A DNA stretch of 64,000 nt, taken from positions 22,067-86,066 of the forward strand of contig CAZFWG010000003.1 in NCBI GenBank assembly GCA_964522525.1, in the 5' to 3' direction. The DNA is from an uncultured Alphaproteobacteria bacterium. Its GTDB lineage: Bacteria > Pseudomonadota > Alphaproteobacteria > JAJFIK01. The translations under genes were made by a program, and so were the position numbers. Position 1 is the stretch's first letter, and every line of letters begins with the position of its first letter. Under the pieces are notes generated by a model, which saw only the letters and a program-made list of their open reading frames with translations, was not told the DNA's origin and did no database searches. Shown here piece by piece: positions 1 through 9,637 of the stretch.

Positions 1-68
1 TTCCGAGGCGACGGGTTGATCCGTAAAAGCCCTAATCGTCTTGCGCCGTTGAACCGCCTCACTGACAT

Positions 69-1019
69 TCATCGCATCTGCCTCATCAGGTTTTGCTGGT
101 GACGCTCCCGCCGCCAGGAATCAAGGGAGAACACGGCAAGCCCGATCCAGATGAAAACGAACGTCACCAGATGAGCGCTCGTCACTGTCTCCCCGAAGGC
201 CACGACGGCGAGGATGAACTGGATCGTCGGGGCAATATACTGGGTCAGGCCCAAGGTCGAGAGGCGCACACGCCGGGCACCGAGGGAAAAAAGGAGGAGC
301 GGAACGGCGGTCACCGGTCCGGCGAGGACAAGCCAGATATCCGTCCCCCACGGATCACGACCAAACGCCCCAGTCCCTTGCACGGACACCCACAACAGAT
401 AGCCGAGCCCTATGGGCAGCATGACCAGGGTCTCCGCGAACAGACCTTCAAGGGCGCCGACGGGAATGACCTTGCGCACAAGGCCGTAAAGCCCGAAGGA
501 AAAAGCCAGCATCAAGGGCAGCCAGGGCGGCACTCCGGATGCCAGGGTCAAATTCACGACACCGACAAAGGCAAGACCCACGGCAATCATCTGGGCCCGG
601 TTCAACCGCTCCCCCAGAACGACGAGCCCGAGGGCCACACTGACCAATGGGTTCATGAAATAGCCGAGACTGGTGTCGAGCACCCGGTCATTGGCCACGG
701 CCCAGATGAAGGTCAGCCAGTTGAGGCTGATCAGCGCCGTCGTGCCCACCAGGGCCAAAAGCACCTTGGGCGCCTTGAGGGCCTTGAGAAGACCGCGCAG
801 CCGGTCGCCTCGCAGCATGACCATGCCCACAAAGAAGACCGACCACACCACGCGATGGGCGAGGATCTCGAAGGGGGCAACATGGGTGAGCAGCTTCCAA
901 TAGGCCGGGCTCAAGCCCCAAAGGCTGAAACCCGAAAGGGCATAGATGACGCCCGTGCGCGCCCCGCCACCCTCCCCCGCCGTGACCGGCGGAGGGGCCG
1001 CCTGGGCGTCGCTGGTCAT
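69..1019 (-). CDS. rarD: EamA-family transporter RarD
   Basis: About 10 TM segments with RarD-typical motifs (EILAHRxxWS, SLGYFMNPL, YGLVRK, LGLTQYIAPT). Confidence 0.9.
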   Translation of the reverse strand: MTSDAQAAPPPVTAGEGGGARTGVIYALSGFSLWGLSPAYWKLLTHVAPFEILAHRVVWSVFFVGMVMLRGDRLRGLLKALKAPKVLLALVGTTALISLNWLTFIWAVANDRVLDTSLGYFMNPLVSVALGLVVLGERLNRAQMIAVGLAFVGVVNLTLASGVPPWLPLMLAFSFGLYGLVRKVIPVGALEGLFAETLVMLPIGLGYLLWVSVQGTGAFGRDPWGTDIWLVLAGPVTAVPLLLFSLGARRVRLSTLGLTQYIAPTIQFILAVVAFGETVTSAHLVTFVFIWIGLAVFSLDSWRRERHQQNLMRQMR

Positions 1020-2374
1020 GGAAGAACCGACCAGGACGTACCCTCGGCACCGTCTTTGAGCTGAACGCCACGCTTCAGCAGATCGTCGCGGATCTGGTCG
1101 GCGCGGGCAAAATCCTTGTTCGCCCGCGCGGCCTTGCGCTCCGCGATCAAGCGATCGATTTCATTCGGATCAATCCCTTTGGCGACGCGGCCCAGTTCCC
1201 GCCAGGCCTCGGCCGAGAGAGACCGCAACCCGATCAGATCCATGGCCCGGCGCAGGTCCTGCGCCGCTGCTCGATCTCCCTTGCGTGCGGCATCGGCCAG
1301 GGCATGCATATGGCTGACCGCAAGGGGCGTATTCAGATCATCCTCAAGGGCGGCCCGCACATCGGTTGGCAGGTCCACGGCCGGTTCCACCCCGTCGACG
1401 AGGTCATACCAACGGTCGAGAATGGCCTTGGCTTCCTTGCTCTGGGCCGACGTCCAGTTGATGGGTTGATGATAATGGGTCATCAACATCTGCAGGCGGA
1501 GTACCTCTCCGGGCCAGTCTTCGAGAAAATCCCCGATGGTCAGAAAATTGCCGAGGCTCTTTGACATTTTCTGCCCCTCGACCTGGAGGAAGCCGTTATG
1601 CATCCAGACCGAAGCGAAGGGCTGGCCGCCATGGGCGCAGGTGCTCTGGGCGAGTTCATTCTCATGGTGCGGAAAAACCAGATCCTGGCCGCCGCCATGG
1701 ATGTCGAAACTCTCGCCCAGATGGGCCGCACTCATGGCCGAGCATTCGATATGCCAGCCGGGACGGCCCCGCCCCCAGGGACTGTCCCATCCCGGATCCC
1801 CCTCAGCGGAAGGCTTCCACAGGACAAAATCCATGGGATCTTTCTTGTAGGGCGCCACCTCCACCCGGGCACCAGCCACCATTTCCTTGGTCGACCGGCC
1901 GGACAAGGAGCCATAGCTCTCGAGGCTCGGCACATGGAACAGGACATGGCCTTCCGCCTCATAGGCATTGCCCTTGTCGACCAGCACCGAGATCATATCG
2001 ATCATCTCATTGATATGACGGGTGGCGCGGGGTTCGATCGTCGGCGTCAGGGCATTGATCCCGGCCATATCGTCGTGAAAGGCCGAAATGGTCCGCTCCG
2101 TGATCACATCGATGGTCACGCCCTCGTCCCGGGCCCGCTGATTGATCTTGTCATCGACGTCCGTCAGGTTGCGGGCATAGATGACGTGGTCGACCCCGTA
2201 AATCTCCCGGAGCAGACGAAAAAGAACGTCGAAAACGATGAAGGGACGCGCATTGCCGATATGGGCCCGGTCATAGACCGTCGGGCCACAGACATAAAGG
2301 CGCACCCGTTCCGGATCGATCGGCTTGAAGGTTTCCTTGGTGCGGGTCGCGGTATTGGTCAGCGCGAGGGCCAT
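1016..2374 (-). CDS. cysS: Cysteine--tRNA ligase
   Basis: CGPTVYDRAHIGN (HIGH), GRPGWHIECSAM, DIHGGGQDLVFPHHENE and KMSKS motifs. Start trimmed to the ATG at 2374 (MALALTNT); the ORF-track extension overlaps gltX. Confidence 0.97.
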   Translation of the reverse strand: MALALTNTATRTKETFKPIDPERVRLYVCGPTVYDRAHIGNARPFIVFDVLFRLLREIYGVDHVIYARNLTDVDDKINQRARDEGVTIDVITERTISAFHDDMAGINALTPTIEPRATRHINEMIDMISVLVDKGNAYEAEGHVLFHVPSLESYGSLSGRSTKEMVAGARVEVAPYKKDPMDFVLWKPSAEGDPGWDSPWGRGRPGWHIECSAMSAAHLGESFDIHGGGQDLVFPHHENELAQSTCAHGGQPFASVWMHNGFLQVEGQKMSKSLGNFLTIGDFLEDWPGEVLRLQMLMTHYHQPINWTSAQSKEAKAILDRWYDLVDGVEPAVDLPTDVRAALEDDLNTPLAVSHMHALADAARKGDRAAAQDLRRAMDLIGLRSLSAEAWRELGRVAKGIDPNEIDRLIAERKAARANKDFARADQIRDDLLKRGVQLKDGAEGTSWSVLP

Positions 2375-2406
2375 GGTCGAAAATCCGTGAATTGATGGTC
2401 TTGCGT

Positions 2407-3753
2407 CTAAGTCTTCCCACCGGAAAGCCGGGCACGGGCCCGCTCCGGACCGATCAGACACAAGAGCTTCGCCATTTCCGGTCCCCGGGCCTGGCCGGTC
2501 AAGGCAAGACGCAAGGGCATGAAAAGCGCCTTGCCCTTGGCACCGGTGGCCTCGCGCACCTGGCCTGTCCATTGGGACCAGGTATCATCATCATAGGGAC
2601 CCTCCGGCAGCAGACCAACGGCGGCCTCGACGAGTTTCACATCGTCAGCACCTTCCACGGCCGAGGTGATCGGCCCCTCCACAATGCGCCACCAGTCCGC
2701 CGCCTCGTCGAGCCGATGAAGATTGGGGCGAATCGCGGTCCAGAAGGTCTCGCCGCCGGTCACGCCCAGGCCGTTCAACCTGTCGGCGACGGCCTCGAAG
2801 GGCGTTTCGTGGAGCAGCTTGGCATTGAGGCCGCGCAATTCCTCGATATCGAAGCGGGCGGGCGCCCGACCCAGCTTGTCCATGCCGAACTCGTCCGCAA
2901 GCGTCATGAGATCATGGCGCGGCTCCACGGGATCGGACGTCCCCAGCTTGGCCAAAAGGGAGACCACGGCCAGGGGCTCAAGGCCCTCCTCCCGGAGGCT
3001 CTCGATCGTCAGGGACCCAAGCCGTTTGGACAACGCCTCCCCTTGCGCGCCGACGAGAAGGGACGTGTGACCGAAAACCGGCGCCGATCCGCCCACGGCC
3101 TCAAAGACCTGGATCTGGGCGCCGCTATTGGTGACGTGATCCTCGCCCCGAATGATATGGGTGATGCCCTCATCGATGTCATCGACCACGCTCGGCAGGG
3201 TGTAGAGATAGCTGCCGTCCTCGCGCACCAGAATGGGATCGGAAATGCTGGCAGTGTCAATTTCCGTCTTGCCCCGGACCATATCCTCCCAGGCGACACG
3301 CCGCCCGTCGAGCTTGAAGCGCCAGTGGGGTTTGCGCCCTTGGGCCTCAAGCTCGGCCCGCTCCGCCTCGCTCAGGGAAAGCGCAGCCCGGTCATAAACC
3401 GGCGGTTGTCCCCGCGCGCGCTGGAGCTTGCGCTTGCGGTCCAACTCCTCCGGCGTTTCATAGCAGGGATAAAGCAGGCCCTTCGCTTTCAGGTCTTCCA
3501 CGACCTTGGCGTAACGGTCGAACCGGTCCGACTGCCGAAAGGTGCGGTCATGGGCCAGGCCAAGCCAGGCCAGATCCTCGACAATGCCGTCGGCAAAAGC
3601 CTGGGTGGAGCGCTCCACGTCCGTATCATCAAGACGCAGAATGAAATCCCCGCCCTGGCCCTTCGCGAACAGATAGTTGAAGAGCGCAGTACGCACATTG
3701 CCCACATGGAGACGGCCCGTGGGACTGGGGGCAAAACGAACGGTCACGGTCAT
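2407..3753 (-). CDS. gltX: Glutamate--tRNA ligase (second, short alphaproteobacterial paralog type)
   Basis: [34 protein letters not shown] and [11 protein letters not shown] motifs. Confidence 0.95.
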   Translation of the reverse strand: MTVTVRFAPSPTGRLHVGNVRTALFNYLFAKGQGGDFILRLDDTDVERSTQAFADGIVEDLAWLGLAHDRTFRQSDRFDRYAKVVEDLKAKGLLYPCYETPEELDRKRKLQRARGQPPVYDRAALSLSEAERAELEAQGRKPHWRFKLDGRRVAWEDMVRGKTEIDTASISDPILVREDGSYLYTLPSVVDDIDEGITHIIRGEDHVTNSGAQIQVFEAVGGSAPVFGHTSLLVGAQGEALSKRLGSLTIESLREEGLEPLAVVSLLAKLGTSDPVEPRHDLMTLADEFGMDKLGRAPARFDIEELRGLNAKLLHETPFEAVADRLNGLGVTGGETFWTAIRPNLHRLDEAADWWRIVEGPITSAVEGADDVKLVEAAVGLLPEGPYDDDTWSQWTGQVREATGAKGKALFMPLRLALTGQARGPEMAKLLCLIGPERARARLSGGKT

Positions 3754-3850
3754 GGTGCACTACTCAAAAAGATCAATATAAAGATGAAAAGAACCGGTCA
3801 GCGCAACATTGTCCTGCGCCGGCCGGTCCTGCCTTTCTCACTCAGGCGGT

Positions 3851-4255
3851 TCAGGTGTCCGACTTGTCGCGCCCGCGCAAGGCCACGGCGATGCCATAGC
3901 CCAGGGCGATGAGCAGCAGGGCCGGGATCAAAAGGACAAAAGCCGTGAGCGCCAACGCAATGATGCTCACGGCAATGCCGATGGCCGAGCCGACAATGCC
4001 CATGATGACGCCGAAAAGGGCGCCGAACAGACCCAGGATCAAGGGGCCCAGGAAAACACCGATCATGAGAGCCAGGAGCAGGGCCACCCAGAGCCAGGCG
4101 GAGCCCCGGGGCAGCCGGCGCTCGGGCTGCGGACCATCGGAGGATCCGCCCGCGCCTCGATCGGTCTGGCTCTGCCCATGGGATGAGCCGGTATCGCTGT
4201 TCTCGGCCGTCAGTTCAGGAACGATCGGAAGGTCGTTGTCATCAGGCTGTGGCAT
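3851..4255 (-). CDS. Hypothetical membrane protein with Gly-patterned TM helices
   Basis: Low-complexity N-terminus followed by about 70 continuous hydrophobic residues. Start trimmed to 4255 (MPQPDD), which overlaps the nadE stop by 14 bp. Confidence 0.7.
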   Translation of the reverse strand: MPQPDDNDLPIVPELTAENSDTGSSHGQSQTDRGAGGSSDGPQPERRLPRGSAWLWVALLLALMIGVFLGPLILGLFGALFGVIMGIVGSAIGIAVSIIALALTAFVLLIPALLLIALGYGIAVALRGRDKSDT

Positions 4256-5906
4256 CGCGAAACCTGTTTGTAATCGGATATCGGCGGTCGCGGCCGAAAT
4301 TCCGAGGACTGATCTTGACGCCGGGCGCGGCCTGCCGGCGCTTGTACTCGGCGAGATAGACAAGATGCTCGATCCGTTTCACCGTGGCCGGCTGATGACC
4401 GCGCGCCACGATGTCTTCAAACGCCATGTCCCCCTCGATGAGACATTCAAGAATGTCGTCAAGCTCCGCATAAGGCGGGAGTGAATCCTCGTCCCGCTGA
4501 TCGGCCCGCAGCTCCGCCGTCGGCGGTTTGCTGATGATCCGCTCCGGGATCACGACCCCTGTGGGCCCCTTGCCTTCCCGTGGCACCTGGCTGTTGCGCC
4601 ACCGGGCAAGCGCAAACACCTGCGTCTTATAAAGGTCCTTGAGGGCATTATAGCCGCCGCACATGTCGCCATAAAGGGTGGCGTAACCCACGGAAACTTC
4701 GGACTTATTGCCCGTGGTCAGCAGCATGGGCCCGAATTTGTTGGAAAGCGCCATGAGCATCACGCCCCGGATCCGGGATTGCATGTTCTCTTCCGTGGTG
4801 TCCGGCGCCCGATTGCCGAACAGGGGCCCCAGGGTCTCCGTGAAGGCGGCGACGGCGGCCTCGATCTCCAGCAGATCGTAACGGGTGCCGAGTGCGGTGG
4901 CGCAGGCCTTGGCGTCCTCGAGACTGTCGGCACTGGTGTAGCGGGAGGGCAGCATCAGGCACCACACCCGCTCCGGACCCAGAGCATCGACGGCCAGGGC
5001 CGCCGACAGGGCACTGTCGATGCCGCCGGACAGGCCCAAGACGACACCGGGAAAATGGTTCTTCTCGACATAATCGCGCAGGCCCACCATGGCCGCGAGA
5101 TACTGGCTTTCCGCCTCCTCGACCAGGGACACGCGCGGCCCCGTCTCGCAGGTCCAACGGTCGCCCACGCGAGACCAGGTGGTGGGCACCACGGCTTCGC
5201 GCCATTCGGAGGCCTGAACCACGATCGAGCCATCGGCGTTCATGACAAAACTGCCGCCGTCAAAGGCGAGTTCATCCTGTCCGCCGACCTGATTGACATA
5301 GGCCAAGGGCAGCCGGCTCTCGCCGACCCGCCGGCGCACATGGGTCAGGCGCATGTCATATTTGCGCGCCTGGAAGGGCGAGCAATTCGGGGCCAGGCAG
5401 AAAGCGGCGCCCGCCCGTTTCAGACCGTCCATGGGCTCGGGCACCCAGATGTCTTCACAGATGGGCAACCCGATGGGCACACCCCGGATCGTGACGGGAT
5501 GGGGCATCGGCCCGGCCTGGAACACGCGCTTTTCGTCGAAGACGCCATAGTTGGGCAGCTCGTTCTTGAAGCGCAGCGCCTGGAGCGCGCCGTCATCGAG
5601 TACGGCCACCGCGTTGTAGAGCTGGCCATCCGCCAGCCACGGGGCGCCGAGCACAATGGCGGGGCCGCCATCCGCCGTTTCCTGGGCCAGGGCATGGACC
5701 ATGGCCATGGCCTCTTCCTGAAAGGCCGGTTTGAGCACGAGGTCCTCAGGCGGATAGCCAATCAGAAAAAGCTCGGGAAAAACGATGATATCGGAGCCGT
5801 CTCCCGCCGCCTGGGCGCGCGCCGCGCGCACAAGAGCGGCATTGCCGGTGATGTCACCGACGACGGGATTGAGCTGGGCCAAGTGGATGGTAAGGCGATC
5901 GGTCAT
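4242..5906 (-). CDS. nadE: NAD+ synthase (glutamine-dependent, nitrilase + synthase domains)
   Basis: Nitrilase triad FPEL / KNELPNYGVFDEKR / ICEDIW, plus LGLSGGIDSA, TTGNKSE and AELRADQRDEDSLP. Start trimmed to MTDRLT. Confidence 0.96.
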   Translation of the reverse strand: MTDRLTIHLAQLNPVVGDITGNAALVRAARAQAAGDGSDIIVFPELFLIGYPPEDLVLKPAFQEEAMAMVHALAQETADGGPAIVLGAPWLADGQLYNAVAVLDDGALQALRFKNELPNYGVFDEKRVFQAGPMPHPVTIRGVPIGLPICEDIWVPEPMDGLKRAGAAFCLAPNCSPFQARKYDMRLTHVRRRVGESRLPLAYVNQVGGQDELAFDGGSFVMNADGSIVVQASEWREAVVPTTWSRVGDRWTCETGPRVSLVEEAESQYLAAMVGLRDYVEKNHFPGVVLGLSGGIDSALSAALAVDALGPERVWCLMLPSRYTSADSLEDAKACATALGTRYDLLEIEAAVAAFTETLGPLFGNRAPDTTEENMQSRIRGVMLMALSNKFGPMLLTTGNKSEVSVGYATLYGDMCGGYNALKDLYKTQVFALARWRNSQVPREGKGPTGVVIPERIISKPPTAELRADQRDEDSLPPYAELDDILECLIEGDMAFEDIVARGHQPATVKRIEHLVYLAEYKRRQAAPGVKISPRNFGRDRRYPITNRFRDATA

Positions 5907-5971
5907 GGCTTGAGTCTTAGACCGTCGCCCTGGCCGGGACAATATGGAGCGGCGAGGATCCTGCCCGCGCC

Positions 5972-7099
5972 TTACGCGAGGGCGTCGACCAGCACGTCGC
6001 AGACCCGGTCGACCTGATCGTCACTCAGATAGGGATGCATGGGCAAAGAGAGGATGTGATCCGCCAGCCACTCGGTCTCGGGCAGCCCCTCTTCCGGCCC
6101 GTAGGCCGCGAAAGCCTCCATCTTGTGACAAGGCACCGGGTAATAGATCGCCGTGGGCACGCCATGATCCTTGAGGGTTGCCTGCACCGTGGCGCGATCC
6201 TCAAGCGTGATCGAATAGAGCCCCCAGGACGGCTGAACGTCCTCGGGCCGCGCCGGCAGGCTCAGCGCGTCTTTCAGCCGGGCGTCGTAGCGGCTGGCGA
6301 TGCGGTTGCGCGCGACGAGTTCATCGTCGAAAATCGCGAGCTTTTCCAGAAGTACGGCGGCTTGCATGGAATCAAGGCGGCCATTGACCCCCACCCGCAC
6401 CGACAGGCGCCGGTCCTCGTCCGTCCCGTGCCAGCGCAGGGACCGCCACCGCTCGCCCCGCTCCTTGGTGTCAGCGAAGATCGCGCCCCCATCGCCATAG
6501 GCGCCGAGGGTCTTGGCCGGGAAGAAACTCGTCCCCGTCATGGGGGCCAGGTTGCCGACCGCTCGATTGCCGACCCGACCGCCAAAGCTTTGGGCGGCAT
6601 CGGCGATCACATCCATGCCATGCTCGCCAGCAATGGCATGGATCGCCGCATAGTCCGCCGGCAGACCGAAAAGATCGACGGGTACGACGGCGCGCGGTTT
6701 CAAGGTCCCGGCCTCGACCACCTGGGCGACTTTCGCGCGCAGATCCTCCGGGTCCATATTGAACGTGTCCCGGCGCACATCGACAAAGACGGGTGTGGCG
6801 CCGCAGACCAGAACGGCATTGGCCGTCGCGTTATAGGTGAAGGACGGAATGAACACCGCATCGCCCGGACCGATCTCCTCGCCCATCATGGCGATGACAA
6901 GGGCATCCGTGCCGCTGGAGACCGCCACCACATCGCCCGCGCCACTGCGGGAAGCCAGAACCTCCTCCAACTCGGCGATCTCGGGCCCGTTGATGTAAGC
7001 CCCATGGTCGAGCACGGCCTTGAGCCGGGCTTCGATCCGGTCCCGGATGCCCCGTTGCTGGGCCTTGAGATCGATAAAGGCAATGGGATCGGTGGTCAT
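5972..7099 (-). CDS. DegT/DnrJ/EryC1/StrS aminotransferase (GnnB/WbpE-like)
   Basis: FIDLKAQ, VSSGTDAL, DAAQSFG, SFFPAKTLGAYGDGGA (PLP lysine) and NGRLDSMQAAVL. Confidence 0.92.
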   Translation of the reverse strand: MTTDPIAFIDLKAQQRGIRDRIEARLKAVLDHGAYINGPEIAELEEVLASRSGAGDVVAVSSGTDALVIAMMGEEIGPGDAVFIPSFTYNATANAVLVCGATPVFVDVRRDTFNMDPEDLRAKVAQVVEAGTLKPRAVVPVDLFGLPADYAAIHAIAGEHGMDVIADAAQSFGGRVGNRAVGNLAPMTGTSFFPAKTLGAYGDGGAIFADTKERGERWRSLRWHGTDEDRRLSVRVGVNGRLDSMQAAVLLEKLAIFDDELVARNRIASRYDARLKDALSLPARPEDVQPSWGLYSITLEDRATVQATLKDHGVPTAIYYPVPCHKMEAFAAYGPEEGLPETEWLADHILSLPMHPYLSDDQVDRVCDVLVDALA

Positions 7100-7247
7100 G
7101 GCAGCACTCATTCTTGACGAAAACGGAAAAGGGGGCCGAAAGGACGGCAAGGAGCCAGTGCGGTTCCGCGCTTTCGCGCGAAACCGGAGACGTCTTCAGG
7201 GTCCATCTTGCAGCGGCAAGATCAGGAAAGGGATCCAGGCGATGCCG

Positions 7248-8225
7248 TTACGCCGTGAGCGCGTGGCGCAGCGCCGGATTTTCCCCATGGGCGGCCGTGA
7301 TGCGCAGCGCCGTATCCAGTGCCAAACGGGCATCGGCGCCGCTGACGATCGGCTCCTCACCCCGTTGCACACATTCGAGGAAAGACCCGATGCCATAGCC
7401 AAGGGGATCCTTGGCGATCGCACCGGCCGCATCGTCCTCGCCGCCAAAGGCCGGCTTGAGGTCTGCCGGCGTGGTATTGATCAGCGTACGGCTGACGAAA
7501 TCGAGAACCACCTCGCCATCGGCATAGATCATCCGCATCGACCGTTCCTTGGTCTCGGCATTGCGGCTGGCAAAGAGGCGGGCTTCCGTGCCGCAGGACA
7601 GGGCGATATCGGCCGTGACCTCATCGGCAAGATCGCCGTGGACAAACTGGGCCTGCGCCTTGGCCTGCCGGACGGCGCCGGGCGCCACCTGATGGACGAG
7701 GTCGAGATCGTGGATCATCAGATCCATCACGACACTGACATCCATGGCGCGGCCGGTGAAGGGCCCCGCGCGCCGGCATTCCACATAGACGGGAACCTGA
7801 TCGCGGGCGAGAACGCCGAACTGGGAAAAGACATAGCGCTCCTGGTGGCCGACCTGGAGGACGAGCCCTTTGCGCCGGGCAAGACGCACAAGTTCGTCCG
7901 CATGGGCCGTTTCAAGCGCGATGGGCTTTTCGACAAGGCAATGCACGCCCGCCTCGAGCGCCTGGCGCGCCAAGCGGTAATGGACGCGGGCCGGCGCCGC
8001 CACGGAAACCGCATGGACTTCCGCGAGCACAGCGGCAAGGTCCGTCTCGGCCCGGGCACCGACCTTATCGGCAACGCTGCGGGCCCGTTCCTTGTCCACG
8101 TCAATGACGGCAACCAAATCCGCGTCGGGGTTGGCGGCATATTTGGCGGCATGGAGCCCACCGAAAAAGCCCGCGCCAATGACGGCCACCCGCACCGGAC
8201 GTTCCGCTTTAATTCTGATCACCAC
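7248..8225 (-). CDS. Gfo/Idh/MocA oxidoreductase (GnnA-like)
   Basis: VAVIGAGFFG, HCLVEKPIA, VGHQER and DLMIHDLD motifs. GTG start at 8225 follows a GAGGAG RBS. Confidence 0.9.
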   Translation of the reverse strand: MVIRIKAERPVRVAVIGAGFFGGLHAAKYAANPDADLVAVIDVDKERARSVADKVGARAETDLAAVLAEVHAVSVAAPARVHYRLARQALEAGVHCLVEKPIALETAHADELVRLARRKGLVLQVGHQERYVFSQFGVLARDQVPVYVECRRAGPFTGRAMDVSVVMDLMIHDLDLVHQVAPGAVRQAKAQAQFVHGDLADEVTADIALSCGTEARLFASRNAETKERSMRMIYADGEVVLDFVSRTLINTTPADLKPAFGGEDDAAGAIAKDPLGYGIGSFLECVQRGEEPIVSGADARLALDTALRITAAHGENPALRHALTA

Positions 8226-8460
8226 GTTTTTCTCCTCTGACGCTTTTCCGACCAAAAGCGCAGCTTTGAAAATCTGTCCCTCGCGTCGCCCCGGATGCAT
8301 CACCTCTGGCATCCACCGGGCGACCCGCTTAGCCTTGAGGCCAAGCTTTGGGGTCTGCCGCAGCGCACAACGCCGCAGCGCGCGGACATAACGTCAGGAA
8401 TGCCGCAGTGCCGCAACTCAACTAATGTTTCAGCATTGTTAGAGATGTGGGGCTGAAAAA

Positions 8461-8474
8461 TTGAATGATATCAA
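8461..8474. promoter_or_regulatory. FNR/FixK-like box
   Basis: TTGAATGATATCAA matches TTG(A/C)-N6-(T/G)CAA. It lies in the divergent intergenic region 37 bp before ATG 8511. Confidence 0.5.
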
Positions 8475-8510
8475 AGCGTTATACAGTTAACGGATCCGAG
8501 GAAACAAGAC

Positions 8511-9545
8511 ATGCCCGAATTGAATGCACGCGTGATTCGCCTGAAAGCCCGCCCCGTCGGCATGCCCACCGAGAATGACTTCGAGCTGGCACAAGTATCA
8601 GTTGCCGAACCCGCGGAAGGCCAGATCCAGGTCCGCAATATCTGGATGTCCGTCGACCCGTATATGCGCGGCCGGATGGTCGAGCGCGAGAGCTATGTGC
8701 CCCCCTTCCAGATCGGCGAACCGCTCCAGGGCGGCGCCATCGGCCAGGTCGTGGCATCCCGCCATCCGGACTTCGCGGTCGGCGATTATGTGAACAATTT
8801 CAACGGCTGGCAGGAAGCCTTCGTGGCCCCGGTCGAAGGGATCACCAAGGTCGATCCCAAGATCGCGCCCATCCAGTCCTTCCTCGGTGCCCTCGGCATG
8901 CCGGGCCTCACCGCCTATGCGGGCCTGATGGGAATCGGCAAACCCAAGGAAGGCGAAACCGTGCTGGTTTCCGCCGCCTCCGGCGCCGTCGGCACGGTCG
9001 TGTGCCAGATCGCCCGCAATCTGGGCTGCCGGGTCATCGGCACGGCCGGCTCGGCGGAGAAATGCGATTGGTTGCGTGACACGCTGAAGGTCGACGCGGC
9101 CATCAACTACAAGGAACATCGGGGGGCGGCCGCCCTCGAAGCGGCGATCAGCGCCCATGCCCCCAAGGGCGTCGACATCTATTTCGACAATGTGGGCGGC
9201 GATCACCTGGAAGCGGCCATCAGCGTGCTGAACCCGTTCGGACGGGTCCCCGTTTGCGGCATGATCGCCCAATATAATGACACCGCCCTGCCCCCGGGAC
9301 CGCCCAACATCATCATGACCGTGCCCAAGCGTCTGCACATCCAGGGCTTCATCGTTTCCGACCATTTCGATCAGCTGCCGGCCTTTTTGGGCGACATGGC
9401 CAAATGGGTCAGCGAAGGCCGCATGACCTGGAAAGAGACCGTCTATGAAGGAATCGAGAACGCGCCGAGCGCCTTTATCGGTCTCTTCGAGGGCGCCAAT
9501 TTCGGCAAGATGCTGGTCAGGATCGGCCCTGATCCGGCCGTGTAA
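8511..9545 (+). CDS. NADP-dependent oxidoreductase (MDR, CurA/YncB/prostaglandin reductase-like)
   Basis: SVDPYMRGRM, LGMPGLTAYAGL, VSAASGAVG, GVDIYFDNVGG and GANFGKMLV. RBS GAGGA. Confidence 0.93.
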   Translation: MPELNARVIRLKARPVGMPTENDFELAQVSVAEPAEGQIQVRNIWMSVDPYMRGRMVERESYVPPFQIGEPLQGGAIGQVVASRHPDFAVGDYVNNFNGWQEAFVAPVEGITKVDPKIAPIQSFLGALGMPGLTAYAGLMGIGKPKEGETVLVSAASGAVGTVVCQIARNLGCRVIGTAGSAEKCDWLRDTLKVDAAINYKEHRGAAALEAAISAHAPKGVDIYFDNVGGDHLEAAISVLNPFGRVPVCGMIAQYNDTALPPGPPNIIMTVPKRLHIQGFIVSDHFDQLPAFLGDMAKWVSEGRMTWKETVYEGIENAPSAFIGLFEGANFGKMLVRIGPDPAV

Positions 9546-9637
9546 GGAGCACGGCCCGACGCCGGGCGTCCGTCCTGGGAAGTGGGAGCAGGGTCGATCG
9601 AGTTTTGATCCCGCTCCTGGTTTTCATCCGTGCGCCC

